Assembly (NCBI RefSeq): GCF_965221685.1
Contig: NZ_OZ244907.1
Source: Candidatus Palauibacter sp.
GTDB lineage: Bacteria; Gemmatimonadota; Gemmatimonadetes; Palauibacterales; Palauibacteraceae
Strand: one strand, 5' to 3'
DNA: 64,000 nt
Shown here: positions 7,678 to 17,999 of the stretch, in pieces
Position numbering within the stretch: the stretch's first letter is position 1
How the letters are laid out: the number at the start of each line of letters is the position of its first letter
Notes under the pieces: model-generated
What the model was told of the DNA's origin: nothing
What the model saw: the letters and a program-made list of their open reading frames with translations, nothing else
Database searches by the model: none
Position numbers and translations under genes: made by a program

Positions 7678-9027
7678 CTAGCTCAGGAGACCGAGTCCGG
7701 CGAGGACGACGAGCCCCACGGCGACCGGGACCAGGAAGCGCATCACCGGGCCCCAGGCCGCCGTCACGCGGAAGCGGCCCGCCCCGGCGTTCGTCTCCGC
7801 GCGGAAGCGTTCGAAGCCCCAGACGGTCGCGACGTAGAGGGAGATCGTGAGCCCGCTCACCGTGAGGAAGATGTTCCCCGACACGTAGTCGGCGAGCTCG
7901 AACAGGCCGCGGCCTCCAACCTGCACCGCGGCCCAGGGCCCGCCGCCGAGCGCGAGCGGGACCCCCGCGAGGATGGTGACGCCGAGCACGGTCCAGAGCG
8001 ATCGACGGCGGCCCCAGCCCAGCGAGTCCATGGCGCTCGCCGTCAGGGCTTCGAGCAGCGCGAGACACGACGTGAGTCCCGCAATGAACACGAAGAAGAA
8101 GAAGAACGCGGCGGCCACCTCGCCCGCCGGCAGACGGCCGAAGAGCCCCGCCATCGTGATGAAGAGGAGGCCCGCGCCCTGGTCGGGCTCCATGCCGAAG
8201 GCGAAGAGGGCGGGGAACATGACGAACCCGGCGAGGACGGCGGCGAGCGTGTCGCAGGCCACGATGGAGGCGGCGCTCCCGGGGATGTCGCTCCGGCGCG
8301 GATGCAGAAAGCTCCCGAACACGAACGCGCCCATCATCCCGACTCCGATGGAATAGAAGGCCTGCCCGAGCGCTGCGAGCCACGTCTCCGGACCGATGGC
8401 CGAGAAGTCGGGCGCGAGATACCAGCGAACGCCCTCCCACGCCCCGTCGAACTGGAGCGAGACGATCCCGAGTCCGACGAGGAAGAAGAAGAGGATGGGA
8501 ATCAGGAGTCGTGCCGCGCGCTCGATCCCCCGCCGCAACCCGCGGGTGATGATGAGGCCCGCCAGCAGCATCACGGGGACCGTGTACGCGAGGACCTCTC
8601 CCGGGCGCGCGGTGAAGGCCGCGAACGACTCTGCCGCCGCCTGCACGCTCCCGGTGTCGTAGCCCCCTCGGAAAGCGCGGACGAAGTAGGCCGCGATCCA
8701 GCCCATGATGAGCTGGTAGTAGGACATGATGAGGAAAGCGGCGCCCACGCCGAGCCAGCCGATCGCGCGGAAGGGGCTTCGTCCCGCGAGCTTTCGCATC
8801 CCGGCCAGCGGCGTCGCCTGCGCGCGGCGCCCGAGGCTGATCTCGGCGGTGAACAGCGGGATCCCGATCAGGACCGCGAGCACGACGTAGATGAGGAGGA
8901 ACGCGCCTCCCCCGTTCTCGCCCGCGAGGTAGGGGAACCTCCAGATGTTGCCGAGCCCCACCGAAAACCCGGTGGTGGCGAGGATGAAGCCCAGCGGGCT
9001 CCCCCAGCGTTCGCGCGGCGTGCTCAT
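7678..9027 (-). CDS. neurotransmitter:sodium symporter (NSS/SNF) family transporter
   Basis: GLGNIWRFPYLAGENGGGAFL signature; multi-TM protein. Confidence 0.85.
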   Translation of the reverse strand: MSTPRERWGSPLGFILATTGFSVGLGNIWRFPYLAGENGGGAFLLIYVVLAVLIGIPLFTAEISLGRRAQATPLAGMRKLAGRSPFRAIGWLGVGAAFLIMSYYQLIMGWIAAYFVRAFRGGYDTGSVQAAAESFAAFTARPGEVLAYTVPVMLLAGLIITRGLRRGIERAARLLIPILFFFLVGLGIVSLQFDGAWEGVRWYLAPDFSAIGPETWLAALGQAFYSIGVGMMGAFVFGSFLHPRRSDIPGSAASIVACDTLAAVLAGFVMFPALFAFGMEPDQGAGLLFITMAGLFGRLPAGEVAAAFFFFFVFIAGLTSCLALLEALTASAMDSLGWGRRRSLWTVLGVTILAGVPLALGGGPWAAVQVGGRGLFELADYVSGNIFLTVSGLTISLYVATVWGFERFRAETNAGAGRFRVTAAWGPVMRFLVPVAVGLVVLAGLGLLS

Positions 9028-9110
9028 CCTCCAACAGTTGCCGAGGGACGCAGCGCCGTCCAGAGTAGGGCACCGAGAGGGGAGGCGAGGATGCCGGAGC
9101 GGCCGAGTCA

Positions 9111-10727
9111 GTGAACTACGATCTCAGGACCTTCCGCGGCGACGTTTTCGGCGGCGTCACGTCGGCGGTCATAGCGCTCCCGGTCTCGCTGGCCTTTGGC
9201 GTGGCCTCGGGCCTCGGGGCCGAGGCCGGCCTGTACGGCGCGATCGCGGTCGGCTTTTTTGCCTCCGTATTCGGCGGCAACCGGTTCCAGATCTCCGGTC
9301 CCACGCCCGCCATGACCGTCGCCATGTCGGTCATCGTCACGACGCACGCCTCGACGCTGGGCGAAGCCTTCACGGTGGTCGTGCTGGCCGGGCTTCTGCA
9401 GATCGCGCTGGGCCTGTTGAGGACGGGCCGGTTCGTCGTGTACACGCCTTACGCCGTGATCTCGGGGTTCATGTCGGGGATCGGCGTCATCGTCATGTTG
9501 ATCCAGATCCTGCCCTTCCTCGGCGCGCCCGCGGCGGAGGGAGGCCCCATGGCTGCGATGCGGGCGGTCCCGCAAGCGATGGCGAACCTGAACGGCAGCG
9601 CCCTCGCCATCGGCGTGGCAACGCTCGCGGTGAGCATCTTCTGGCCGCAACGGCTGTCCCGGCTGCTCCCCGGTCCCCTCGTCGCCCTGATCGCCGGAAC
9701 CGCCCTGGGCATGTTCTGGCTGACCGACGCGCCGATCATCGGCGCGATCCCCGCCGGTCTGCCGGAACTGCAGCTGAGTCTGCCTTCCGCCAGCTTCCTC
9801 GCCCGCGCCTTCCATCCGGCGCTCGTTCTCGCCCTCCTCGGCTCCGTCGACAGCTTGCTCACGTCGCTCGTGGCCGACTCGCTGACGGGTACGCAGCACG
9901 ACTCGAACCGCGAACTCGTCGGCCAGGGCCTCGGCAACACGATTGCGGGCCTGTTCGGAGGGTTGCCGGGGGCGGGGGCGACGATGGGGACGGTCGTCAA
10001 CATCCGCGCCGGCGGTCTCACGCGGATGTCCGGCGCCCTGCGTGCGGTCCTGCTGCTGGGGGTCCTGCTCGGCCTGGGCCGGTACCTGGAGCCGATCCCC
10101 CATGCCGTGCTCGCGGGCATCCTGATCAAGGTCGGGTGGGACATCATCGACTGGCCCCTCCTGGCCCACCTTCACCGCATTCGGCGCGACCACCTGTTCG
10201 TGCTGGTGCTCACGCTCGCCCTCACGGTGTTCGTCGACCTCGTGACGGCCGTGGCCATCGGCCTCATCGTCGCGGGCATGGCGCACGCGCGGCAGATCGA
10301 GAGCCTCGAACTCGACAACGTGCTCTCGGTGCCGCTGCTGGACCGGGTATTCTTCGAGGGTGTCGAGGATACGGCCGCGATGGACGACTATTCGGCCCGG
10401 GTCGGGCTCGTCGCGCTCCGCGGGGCGTTCACCGTCGCGTCGTCCCACAAGCTGGTGAACGTGATCGGGAAGGACATCAAGGACCACGAAATCGTCATCT
10501 TCGATTTCTCCGACGCCACGTACCTGGACGACAGCGCCGCCATGCTCATCCGGCAACTCCTGGATGTCGCCGCGAAGAGCAGCACGCACGTCATCGTGAT
10601 GGCGGTATCCGGCTCCGTCGAGAAGACGCTGCTCACGCTCGACATCCTCGCCGGGCTGCCCGGGGACCATGTCGTCGAGACCATGGATCAGGCGCGAGAA
10701 GTTGCCCTGGACCTCCTGAAAGACTGA
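9111..10727 (+). CDS. SulP-family anion transporter with C-terminal STAS domain
   Basis: FQISGPTPAMTVAMSVIV and GLPGAGATMGTVVNIRAGG motifs. C-terminal STAS-like region, 538 aa. Confidence 0.85.
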   Translation: MNYDLRTFRGDVFGGVTSAVIALPVSLAFGVASGLGAEAGLYGAIAVGFFASVFGGNRFQISGPTPAMTVAMSVIVTTHASTLGEAFTVVVLAGLLQIALGLLRTGRFVVYTPYAVISGFMSGIGVIVMLIQILPFLGAPAAEGGPMAAMRAVPQAMANLNGSALAIGVATLAVSIFWPQRLSRLLPGPLVALIAGTALGMFWLTDAPIIGAIPAGLPELQLSLPSASFLARAFHPALVLALLGSVDSLLTSLVADSLTGTQHDSNRELVGQGLGNTIAGLFGGLPGAGATMGTVVNIRAGGLTRMSGALRAVLLLGVLLGLGRYLEPIPHAVLAGILIKVGWDIIDWPLLAHLHRIRRDHLFVLVLTLALTVFVDLVTAVAIGLIVAGMAHARQIESLELDNVLSVPLLDRVFFEGVEDTAAMDDYSARVGLVALRGAFTVASSHKLVNVIGKDIKDHEIVIFDFSDATYLDDSAAMLIRQLLDVAAKSSTHVIVMAVSGSVEKTLLTLDILAGLPGDHVVETMDQAREVALDLLKD

Positions 10728-10767
10728 CCGGGATGTCGAAGTTCGGTGAGGCGGAACGCGGGCCGGG

Positions 10768-11472
10768 TCAGCGGGGCGGGCCGACCCCGACGGAGAGCGT
10801 CACGGCGCTCGCGGAGTATCCGTAGTCGAGGAGGACGCCGGGAATCTCTTCCGTCCACTCGGTGAGGGAACGCGAGTAGCCGATGCGCACATCCACCCGC
10901 CATCCCCGCTGGAGCAGCAGCCCGAGGCCGACCGTCGCCGGCCGCCGGCTGCGCTGCTCTCGCCGCTCTCCGCGGTCGCCGTTGGCCGGGTTGACGCCGC
11001 TCGTCGCGAATTCGCTCCACATCCGACGGATCCCGCCGAACACATAGCCCTGCGTCGAGCCGCCTCCGGAATCAAGGCCGAGGAGCACGTTGACGCCGAT
11101 TCCGAACCGGTCGCGGAGGTCCCACTCGCCGGGCCACACGTCGTGCGGTTCGCCGTTCGGAGTGGGCTGGATCGTACCCTCGATCATTCCCCGATTGGCG
11201 AGCACCCCCTCGAATTCCACCCCCGCGAGCAGGCCGCCGAGGACGCGCGTGCGGAGCCCGAGGGAAGGGTTGACCGAGAAGGTCGGACCCGAGGCCGTCG
11301 TGGCGCTCTCGCTCGACCCTCCGCCCGCCGTCACTCGCTTGGAGTGTTCCGCCGAGAGCCAGCCCACCTCGGGCGTCAGCCAAAGGACCACCTCGGACTG
11401 GGCGCGGACCGGCGGCGCGGCCAGCAGGGAGAGGCAGACGGCGAGGGTTGTGGGTGCGGCAAACCGGATCAC
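10768..11472 (-). CDS. outer-membrane beta-barrel protein (OmpA/OmpW-like)
   Basis: GTG start placed at the signal peptide VIRFAAPTTLAVCLSLLAAPPVRAQ. Alternating beta-strand pattern and C-terminal aromatic residue. The upstream 140 aa of the ORF are R/G-rich noise. Confidence 0.5.
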   Translation of the reverse strand: MIRFAAPTTLAVCLSLLAAPPVRAQSEVVLWLTPEVGWLSAEHSKRVTAGGGSSESATTASGPTFSVNPSLGLRTRVLGGLLAGVEFEGVLANRGMIEGTIQPTPNGEPHDVWPGEWDLRDRFGIGVNVLLGLDSGGGSTQGYVFGGIRRMWSEFATSGVNPANGDRGERREQRSRRPATVGLGLLLQRGWRVDVRIGYSRSLTEWTEEIPGVLLDYGYSASAVTLSVGVGPPR

Positions 11473-11936
11473 CGAGGCGCCGATCCTCCGGTCGCCGCGA
11501 CCACGCCACAGTTCGTGAGCAGACGCTGCGCGTCCGCCTTGCCGGAGTCGGAGGGTCCGAGCTGGTTCTGGCCCTGTTCCTCGTCGTCGTCGAGTCCGGC
11601 GATCAGGCCGATGTCGTGGTCCGCGACCCTCGAGGCGACGACCCTGATGTGCGTGTTGCCCGTCGCGGGATTGTCGAACACGCTCGCCGTGAGGATGTCG
11701 TGATGGGCGGCCCCGGTGATGAGTTCCTGTACGACGCCGGAAGTCTGGCGGCGGCCCCGCACGAACCCGACCTCGAGGTTGCCGTCCTCGATCGTGTAGT
11801 CCATCAGGTTCAGCTGCGCGACCGCGCACTGGTAGGCGGTCTCCAGCCCGGGCGGCGCGACGCCCTGGAAAGAGATGGGAGCCGTGGAGCACCCGGCGAG
11901 CAGTACGGTGAGGACGACCGGTGTGATTCTGTTCAT
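11469..11936 (-). CDS. lipoprotein of unknown function
   Basis: MNRITPVVLTVLLAGCS lipobox. 155 aa; overlaps the next gene start by 4 nt. Confidence 0.45.
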   Translation of the reverse strand: MNRITPVVLTVLLAGCSTAPISFQGVAPPGLETAYQCAVAQLNLMDYTIEDGNLEVGFVRGRRQTSGVVQELITGAAHHDILTASVFDNPATGNTHIRVVASRVADHDIGLIAGLDDDEEQGQNQLGPSDSGKADAQRLLTNCGVVAATGGSAPR

Positions 11937-11991
11937 GTCATCCAATCTTCGGAGCTTGCGGGTCCGGCGCCAGTTGCTGAGCCTTCGTCCC

Positions 11992-12981
11992 ATGACCGAT
12001 CTCATGACGACTCGAATGCGCCCGCGGTCACGCGCGGTTCCGACCGCCCTGCTGCTGCCGCTGGTCTGCTTGATCGCGCTGGGCGGAGCGGCATGCTCGC
12101 CATCCCCCGACGCGATATCCGGCCGGAGCGGCGCCAAAGTGCTGCTGATCGGGATCGACGGGGTGCGTCCGGACGTGCTGGCGGAGGTGTCCACGCCGGT
12201 GATGGACTCGCTGGCCGCCGGCGGCTGGTACACCGCGGAGGCGCGGACGACGACGCCATCAGTGAGTGGTCCGTCCTGGTCCTCCATGCTGACGGGCGTC
12301 TGGCCCGCGAAGCACGGCGTAGTGGACAACAGCTTCGAGGGACGCCGGTACGCCGAGTATCCCGGTTTCCTCACGCTCGTCGAGCGCGAGCGTCCCGACC
12401 TCTCCACGTTCGCGGCGCTCGACTGGATGCCGCTCGCTTCGCTCGACGGCGGCGGCCCGGTGCTCTCGGGTGAAATCGACACACTCGTCGCGGTGGATGG
12501 CTACGAACTCGGGTGGGCGGAAGCCGACAGCGTTGTCGCGTCACGCGCGGCGCAACACCTGGCCTCGGCCGACGCGGACGCCGCCTTCGTGTACCTCGGG
12601 AATCCCGACGAAACGAGCCACCGGCACGCATCGATCGGGGTCGAATACCGCGACGCGATCGCCCTCTCGGATCGCCACGTCGGCTGGCTGGTGGACGCCC
12701 TCCGAGCGCGGTCCGCCTACGCCGAAGAAGACTGGCTCGTGCTCATCAGCACCGACCACGGACGGCGCGAGGACGGCGGGCACGGCGGAGACTCGCCAGA
12801 GGAGATGACGATCTTCATCCTCGCAAGCGGGCCGTCGACCGGAGGTTGGCCCGCCGCGGGATCCCGGCCCACGCACATCGTCGATGTGCCGGCCACGGCG
12901 CTCCATCACCTGGGCGTCCCGCCCGACCCCGGCGCGGGACTCGATGGGGAGCCGCTCGCCCGTGCCGGCGACGGCCCATAA
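11992..12981 (+). CDS. nucleotide pyrophosphatase/phosphodiesterase (alkaline-phosphatase superfamily) lipoprotein
   Basis: LLIGIDGVRPD and TTPSVSGPSWSSMLTG (nucleophile Thr region); ISTDHG metal ligands. Signal peptide with Cys. Confidence 0.7.
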   Translation: MTDLMTTRMRPRSRAVPTALLLPLVCLIALGGAACSPSPDAISGRSGAKVLLIGIDGVRPDVLAEVSTPVMDSLAAGGWYTAEARTTTPSVSGPSWSSMLTGVWPAKHGVVDNSFEGRRYAEYPGFLTLVERERPDLSTFAALDWMPLASLDGGGPVLSGEIDTLVAVDGYELGWAEADSVVASRAAQHLASADADAAFVYLGNPDETSHRHASIGVEYRDAIALSDRHVGWLVDALRARSAYAEEDWLVLISTDHGRREDGGHGGDSPEEMTIFILASGPSTGGWPAAGSRPTHIVDVPATALHHLGVPPDPGAGLDGEPLARAGDGP

Positions 12982-13102
12982 CCGAAGTCTTCCGCCCCCC
13001 GGCGCGGGCGTGCGAAGGGCACCCGCCCGAACGCTGGCGGGAGGTACCGATGTCGCGACAGTTTGGTGCGAGGAAGACTCACACCAGCCTACGGGGGTCG
13101 AG

Positions 13103-14314
13103 ATGTCCGAGATGAATCGTCGTGGTTTCATCGGTCGGGGACTGAGCCTGGGTGCTGCGGCGGCGGTTGCAGGCGCCGTGCCCGCGCGCGCTTCGGTCCG
13201 CGAGGAACGGCCGGCGCGGGCGTCGAGCGGGCGCGCGATGACGCCGATGATGATCACGAGCCACACGAACGACACGGGGCGCCGGGCGGCCACGGCGGCG
13301 TGGCAGATCCTGTCGGGCGGCGGCGCGGCGATGGACGCGGTCGAGCGCGGCGCGAACATCATCGAACTCGACCCGGACGGGACGAGCGTCGGCTGGGGCG
13401 GCCTGCCCAACGCCGACGGCGTCGTGCAACTCGACGCGTCCGTCATGGACGGAGCCACCTACAACGCCGGCTCGGTCGCCGGCATCGAGGGGATTCGCAC
13501 CCCCGCCTCGGTGGCCCGGCTCGTCATGGAGCGCACGGATCACGTGATGCTCGTCGGCAAGTACGCGCAGGAGTTTGCGATCGGCTTCGGCTTCGAGGTC
13601 CAGGATCTGATGACGCCGAAGTCGCGGGAGATCTGGCTGCGGTGGCGCGAGCGCCTGTCCGACACCGACGACTGGGGCCCCCCGGACCACCTGCGGCGCC
13701 CGCGCGGCGGCTCCGACGGCGGCTCCGACGGCGGCGGACTCTCCCGCGCCGGCTCCGGCGAAGACGCGATTTGGCGCGAAGCGGAGGAGTGGGCGGAACT
13801 CCTCGACCTGCCCGGCCGTGACGGCCCCGACCGCGACTACGTGCTGGCCGACGCCCTCATCCACCGCTACGGGACGACGAACGTGCTCGCGGTCGACGCG
13901 CAGGGGAACGTCTCGGGCATCACGACGACGAGCGGACTCGCCTGGAAGGTCCCCGGCCGCGTGGGCGACTCGCCGATCATCGGCGCCGGCCTGTACGTGG
14001 ACAACGACATCGGCGCGGCCGCGGTGACCGGACGGGGCGAGGACGTGATCAAGTCGTGCGCGGGGTACTACATCGTCTCGCGGATGGGCGCCGGGCGCAC
14101 GCCGCAGGAGGCCTGCGAAGACGCCGTGGGGATGATCCGCCACAAGTACCGGAACGTGGCGCCGGACTTCATCCCGTCCGAGAAGTTCGTTGCGATCAAC
14201 AAGGCCGGGGACCATGGCTGCGCCTGGATGCCCTTCCGCGACACCCCGCCCCGCATGACGGTGGCGAACGCGGATGGGATCCACACGTACGAGGGGGTGA
14301 GCGTCGCCGACTGA
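13103..14314 (+). CDS. isoaspartyl peptidase / L-asparaginase (Ntn hydrolase, Asparaginase_2) with Tat signal
   Basis: Twin-arginine signal MNRRGFIGRGLSLGAAAAVAGA. GTTNVLAVDAQGNVSGITTTSGLAWKVPGRVGDSPIIGAGLYVD is the Thr nucleophile block. Confidence 0.8.
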   Translation: MSEMNRRGFIGRGLSLGAAAAVAGAVPARASVREERPARASSGRAMTPMMITSHTNDTGRRAATAAWQILSGGGAAMDAVERGANIIELDPDGTSVGWGGLPNADGVVQLDASVMDGATYNAGSVAGIEGIRTPASVARLVMERTDHVMLVGKYAQEFAIGFGFEVQDLMTPKSREIWLRWRERLSDTDDWGPPDHLRRPRGGSDGGSDGGGLSRAGSGEDAIWREAEEWAELLDLPGRDGPDRDYVLADALIHRYGTTNVLAVDAQGNVSGITTTSGLAWKVPGRVGDSPIIGAGLYVDNDIGAAAVTGRGEDVIKSCAGYYIVSRMGAGRTPQEACEDAVGMIRHKYRNVAPDFIPSEKFVAINKAGDHGCAWMPFRDTPPRMTVANADGIHTYEGVSVAD

Positions 14315-14345
14315 CGGGGCGCCCGACCCGGACCTCGCGTCGGCC

Positions 14346-14801
14346 GTGTCCGAAGTGACCGTGATCGTCAGGGAAGCGGGTCTCGGGGATGTCGACCGCC
14401 TCGCGCCGCTGTTCGACGGGTACCGCCAGTTCTACCGCCAGTCGGCGGATCCGGAGGGGGCCCGCCGGTTCCTGGCCGCACGTCTCCGAGCCGGCGAATC
14501 GCGCGTGTTCGTGGCGGAGACCGAGGACGGATGGCCCCTGGGGTTCGTGCAGCTCTTCCCGTCCTTCTCCTCCGTATCGATGAGACGGCTCTGGATCCTC
14601 AACGACCTCTTCGTGGCGCCGGACGCCCGCCGGTCCGGGGTCGCGCGCGCCCTCATGGACCGCGCGCGGGAACTTGCGATCGAAACCGGCGCCAAGGGCC
14701 TCATCCTGGAGACCGAGACCCACAACGCGCCGGCAAAGAGACTGTACGAAGAGCTGGGCTGGGCGCTCGACGGCACCGACCACTACGAGTTGCTTGTGTG
14801 A
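14346..14801 (+). CDS. GNAT-family N-acetyltransferase
   Basis: RRSGVARALMDRARELA acetyl-CoA binding motif. 151 aa. Confidence 0.8.
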   Translation: MSEVTVIVREAGLGDVDRLAPLFDGYRQFYRQSADPEGARRFLAARLRAGESRVFVAETEDGWPLGFVQLFPSFSSVSMRRLWILNDLFVAPDARRSGVARALMDRARELAIETGAKGLILETETHNAPAKRLYEELGWALDGTDHYELLV

Positions 14802-15277
14802 GTCCCCTGGTGAACGCCGCGGTGCGCGCGGTGGCTCCGGTCGTGCTGCTGCCCGCGCTCGCGGCAGTCGCATGCGCGGCCGGATCGGCGGAGGGACCCG
14901 CGGCAGGGGAGCCCGACCGGGAGTTGCGGCTGTCGCTGTCGACCGGCCAAGCGTCGCCCGAGGCCGCCACGCCCGTCGTCCTCGAGCTGACCGGCACGAA
15001 CGACGGCCAGGCCACGCTCGTCCTCGATTTCCCCGACGGCCAGCGCTACGACTTCGAGGTGATCTCGGAGGATGGCGCCGTCGTCTGGCGTTGGGCGGAG
15101 GGCAGGTTCTTCGCCCAGGTTCTGGGACGCGAGACGCTCGAACCCGGCGCCTCGCAACGCTGGATCGGGAGGATCGAAGCCGGGCTGCCGGCCGGCGTCT
15201 ACCGCGTCATCGCCACACTCACCACGGTGGAGCCTCACGCCATCGAGGCCACCCTCACCGTCCTTCCCCGGAGCTAG
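14798..15277 (+). CDS. BsuPI-like (intracellular proteinase inhibitor fold) lipoprotein
   Basis: GTG start overlapping the GNAT stop (GTGA). Signal LLPALAAVACAAG. DFPDGQRYDFEVISEDGAVVWRWAEGRFFAQV matches the BsuPI domain pattern. Confidence 0.5.
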   Translation: MSPLVNAAVRAVAPVVLLPALAAVACAAGSAEGPAAGEPDRELRLSLSTGQASPEAATPVVLELTGTNDGQATLVLDFPDGQRYDFEVISEDGAVVWRWAEGRFFAQVLGRETLEPGASQRWIGRIEAGLPAGVYRVIATLTTVEPHAIEATLTVLPRS

Positions 15278-15283
15278 CGACCA

Positions 15284-17077
15284 TTGAACGACACGATGCC
15301 GGCGGGGCTCGCCACAGGCCCCGACGCCCTTGAACCCGACCTCCTGCGCGCCGTTTCCTTCGATGCCGGGTGGTCCCTGCTCGAACGCTTCTCGACGCTT
15401 GTACGCGAGTCCGGGAGCGACGACGAGCACGTCGCGGCCGAGTACATCGCCGCCGAACTGAGCCGGATGGGCGTGCCGTTCGAGATGCACGAGCCCGACC
15501 TCTACCTCTCGCTCCCCCGCGAGTCCTCGGTGGAGTGGAGCGGCGGGTCGATACGGGCCAAACCGCCGTCCTTCGCGGTACCGACGGCGGAGGGCGGGCT
15601 CGAAGGGGAACTCGTCTTCGTTCCGGCCGCGGCTGCGACGGGGCAGCGAGACCTGTTCGCGAGGCGGCTCGGCGACGACCTGCCCGACGTGGCCGGCAAG
15701 ATCGTGCTCAGCGAGGGATTCGCGATGCCGGGCATGGTTTCCGCCTTCGAGGCGGCGGGGGCGGCGGGACAGGTCTTCATCAACCCGGGAGAGAACATCC
15801 ACTGGGGGATCTGCACGTCGATCTGGGGCACGCCGACGACCGGGAACCTCGCCACGAAGCCCGGGACGCCCGTGGTCGCGGTCAACAACCCCGACGGCGA
15901 GCGGCTGAAGGAGGCGGTGGGCGAGTCCGTGCAGCTGGAAGTCCGGCTGGAGGAGGGCTGGTACCCGTGCAAGCTGCCCGTGGCACACATCGCCGGCGCG
16001 TCGGAGGAGTTCATGCTCGTGCACGGACACTACGACTCGTGGGATGTGGGGATCGGCGACAACGCGGTCGGCGACGCGACGCTGCTGGAACTGGCCCGGA
16101 TTTTCCATGCGGAGGCGGGGCGGCTGAAGCGTTCGCTGCGCATCGCCTGGTGGCCGGCGCACTCGACCGGGCGCTACGGCGGCTCCACCTGGTATGCCGA
16201 CACGCACGCGCTCGAACTCCGCCGGCGCTGCGTGGGCGCGATCAACATCGACTCGCCGGGTTGCTGGCACGCGACGGAGTACGACGACGTGATGTGGATG
16301 GCCGAGGCGGGGCCGCTCTGCGCGCGCGCGATCGCGGACGTCACGGGGAAGACCGCGAAGCGGCTGCGGCCGCTCCGGGCCGGCGACTATTCCTTCAATC
16401 AGATCGGGCTCACCTCGTTCTACATGCTGCTCTCAAACATCCCGGCGGACGAGCGCGCGGCGCTCGGCTTCTACGCCACGGGCGGCTGCGGAGGCAACAT
16501 CGCGTGGCACACCGAGGACGACGTCATGACCGTCGCCGAACGGGAGAACCTCGAGCGCGACCTGGGCGTCTACGTTGCCTCCATCGCGCGCGTGCTCAAC
16601 TCGCGCATCCTGCCGTACGACTTCCGCGAGACCGTCTCGGAACTCGCGGGATTCGTCGACGGTTACGTGGAGGCGGCCGGGGGTCTGCTCGACCTCGGCG
16701 CGGTCCGTGCCGAACTCGAAGCGCTGGGAGCCGCGCTGGACGAGCTGTACGCGGCGGTGGGACGGAGTCGCCCGGATGCGACGGCGGCCGGAGCCGTGAA
16801 CGAGTTGTTCCTCGAGTTGTCGCGGATCCTGGTGCCGATCGGCTACGCGGAGGGAGGGCCGTTCGACCACGACCCGGCGTTGCCCAGGACGCCGATCCCG
16901 CGGCTGGCCCGGGTGGCCGAGTTGCCGGGCCTCGCGGAAGCCGGCTCCGACGCGCTGCCCTTCCTCGTGAACGAAGTGCGCCGCGAGGCGAACCACGTGG
17001 CGAACGGGTTCCACGAGGCGGCCCGGGCGGTGCGACGCGTCCTGGCGCCGTTGACGGCTTCGGCGCCGGCGGGCTGA
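15284..17077 (+). CDS. M28-family zinc aminopeptidase with PA domain
   Basis: HGHYDSWDVGIGDNAVGDATLLELAR zinc-ligand block. 597 aa. Confidence 0.8.
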   Translation: MNDTMPAGLATGPDALEPDLLRAVSFDAGWSLLERFSTLVRESGSDDEHVAAEYIAAELSRMGVPFEMHEPDLYLSLPRESSVEWSGGSIRAKPPSFAVPTAEGGLEGELVFVPAAAATGQRDLFARRLGDDLPDVAGKIVLSEGFAMPGMVSAFEAAGAAGQVFINPGENIHWGICTSIWGTPTTGNLATKPGTPVVAVNNPDGERLKEAVGESVQLEVRLEEGWYPCKLPVAHIAGASEEFMLVHGHYDSWDVGIGDNAVGDATLLELARIFHAEAGRLKRSLRIAWWPAHSTGRYGGSTWYADTHALELRRRCVGAINIDSPGCWHATEYDDVMWMAEAGPLCARAIADVTGKTAKRLRPLRAGDYSFNQIGLTSFYMLLSNIPADERAALGFYATGGCGGNIAWHTEDDVMTVAERENLERDLGVYVASIARVLNSRILPYDFRETVSELAGFVDGYVEAAGGLLDLGAVRAELEALGAALDELYAAVGRSRPDATAAGAVNELFLELSRILVPIGYAEGGPFDHDPALPRTPIPRLARVAELPGLAEAGSDALPFLVNEVRREANHVANGFHEAARAVRRVLAPLTASAPAG

Positions 17078-17082
17078 CGCAG

Positions 17083-17787
17083 ATGCGCCGTGCGAGGGGA
17101 GCACCGGTGACTGCGTCCAGGCCGGCACTCGCGCTGCTGGCGGCGCTGGCGGGCCTGTCCGTCGCGGCGCCGGTGCAAGCGCAGACGACGGACACGGTGT
17201 TCGTCCGGCTGGACGCCGATGGCGCGGCGCACGTTCGACAGGGTCTCCTGCCGGAGGACGGCGCGATTCGGGCCTTCGCCATCCGGATCGAGCACCAGAC
17301 GCTGTCGCTGACGGAGACGGAGCGGGGCGGCGCGCCGCTGCCCGCCGCCGATGCCGCGCTGACCCCGGTCGACGGGGCGTACCGCATCGATGTGGGCTCC
17401 GACTCGCCGGTCGTCGTGTCCTACACCGTCCGGAATACGGTGCGCGGGCGGCTGGACCGAGTCCCCTTCTTCGTGGCCGGCCGAGAGGCCGAGGAGACCG
17501 TCGTCCAGGACGTCACGACGCCGTGGCTGATTCGGCTGGAAGGGGACCCGGACGTGCTCGATGGGCTGGACCTGTCGACCAGCCTGCCGCGCTTCGTCCG
17601 GGCCGGCGATGATGTCGTGACGGCCACCCTGTCGAGCGTGCCGGGGATGCTCCGGCTGTCCCGCGGAGGCGCGCTCTCATTCGCGCGCATCGCCGACTTC
17701 GCGGTCCTCGCGCTGCTGCTGACCGGCGCGATCTGGACGTGGCGGAACGCGCGAGTCCGCCGCGAGGGCGGGGAGACCGCCCCATGA
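17083..17787 (+). CDS. secreted protein with C-terminal membrane anchor, unknown function
   Basis: Signal MRRARGAPVTASRPALALLAALAGLSVAAPVQAQ. C-terminal TM FAVLALLLTGAIWTW. ATG immediately after the upstream stop. Confidence 0.45.
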   Translation: MRRARGAPVTASRPALALLAALAGLSVAAPVQAQTTDTVFVRLDADGAAHVRQGLLPEDGAIRAFAIRIEHQTLSLTETERGGAPLPAADAALTPVDGAYRIDVGSDSPVVVSYTVRNTVRGRLDRVPFFVAGREAEETVVQDVTTPWLIRLEGDPDVLDGLDLSTSLPRFVRAGDDVVTATLSSVPGMLRLSRGGALSFARIADFAVLALLLTGAIWTWRNARVRREGGETAP

Positions 17788-17999
17788 CACCGATGACGAT
17801 CATCCTGATCGCGGCGGGCTTCTTCGCCCTCGGCATCACCGTGATCCTCCTCTTCCGGAAGACGATCAGCGCCGACGACGAACTGGACCGCCGCTGGGCC
17901 GAGGTCGTCGCACAGCGCTCCGGGCGCGGTGCCTCGCCCTTCGCGTCCGAGGAGACCGCGGAGCCCGACAAGTCCGAACCACCCGGTGCGCGGACATGA
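17784..17999 (+). CDS. small membrane protein, probable symporter small subunit (DUF4212-like)
   Basis: 71 aa with one TM (IILIAAGFFALGITVILLF). ATGA overlaps on both sides; sits directly upstream of the SSS transporter. Confidence 0.5.
   Translation: MTPMTIILIAAGFFALGITVILLFRKTISADDELDRRWAEVVAQRSGRGASPFASEETAEPDKSEPPGART

Noticed and set aside
10768-11892. Full 374-aa extent of the minus-strand ORF as the outer-membrane protein
   Set aside because: The first 140 aa are Arg/Gly-rich noise. A signal peptide begins at the internal GTG, so the gene was trimmed to 10768..11472
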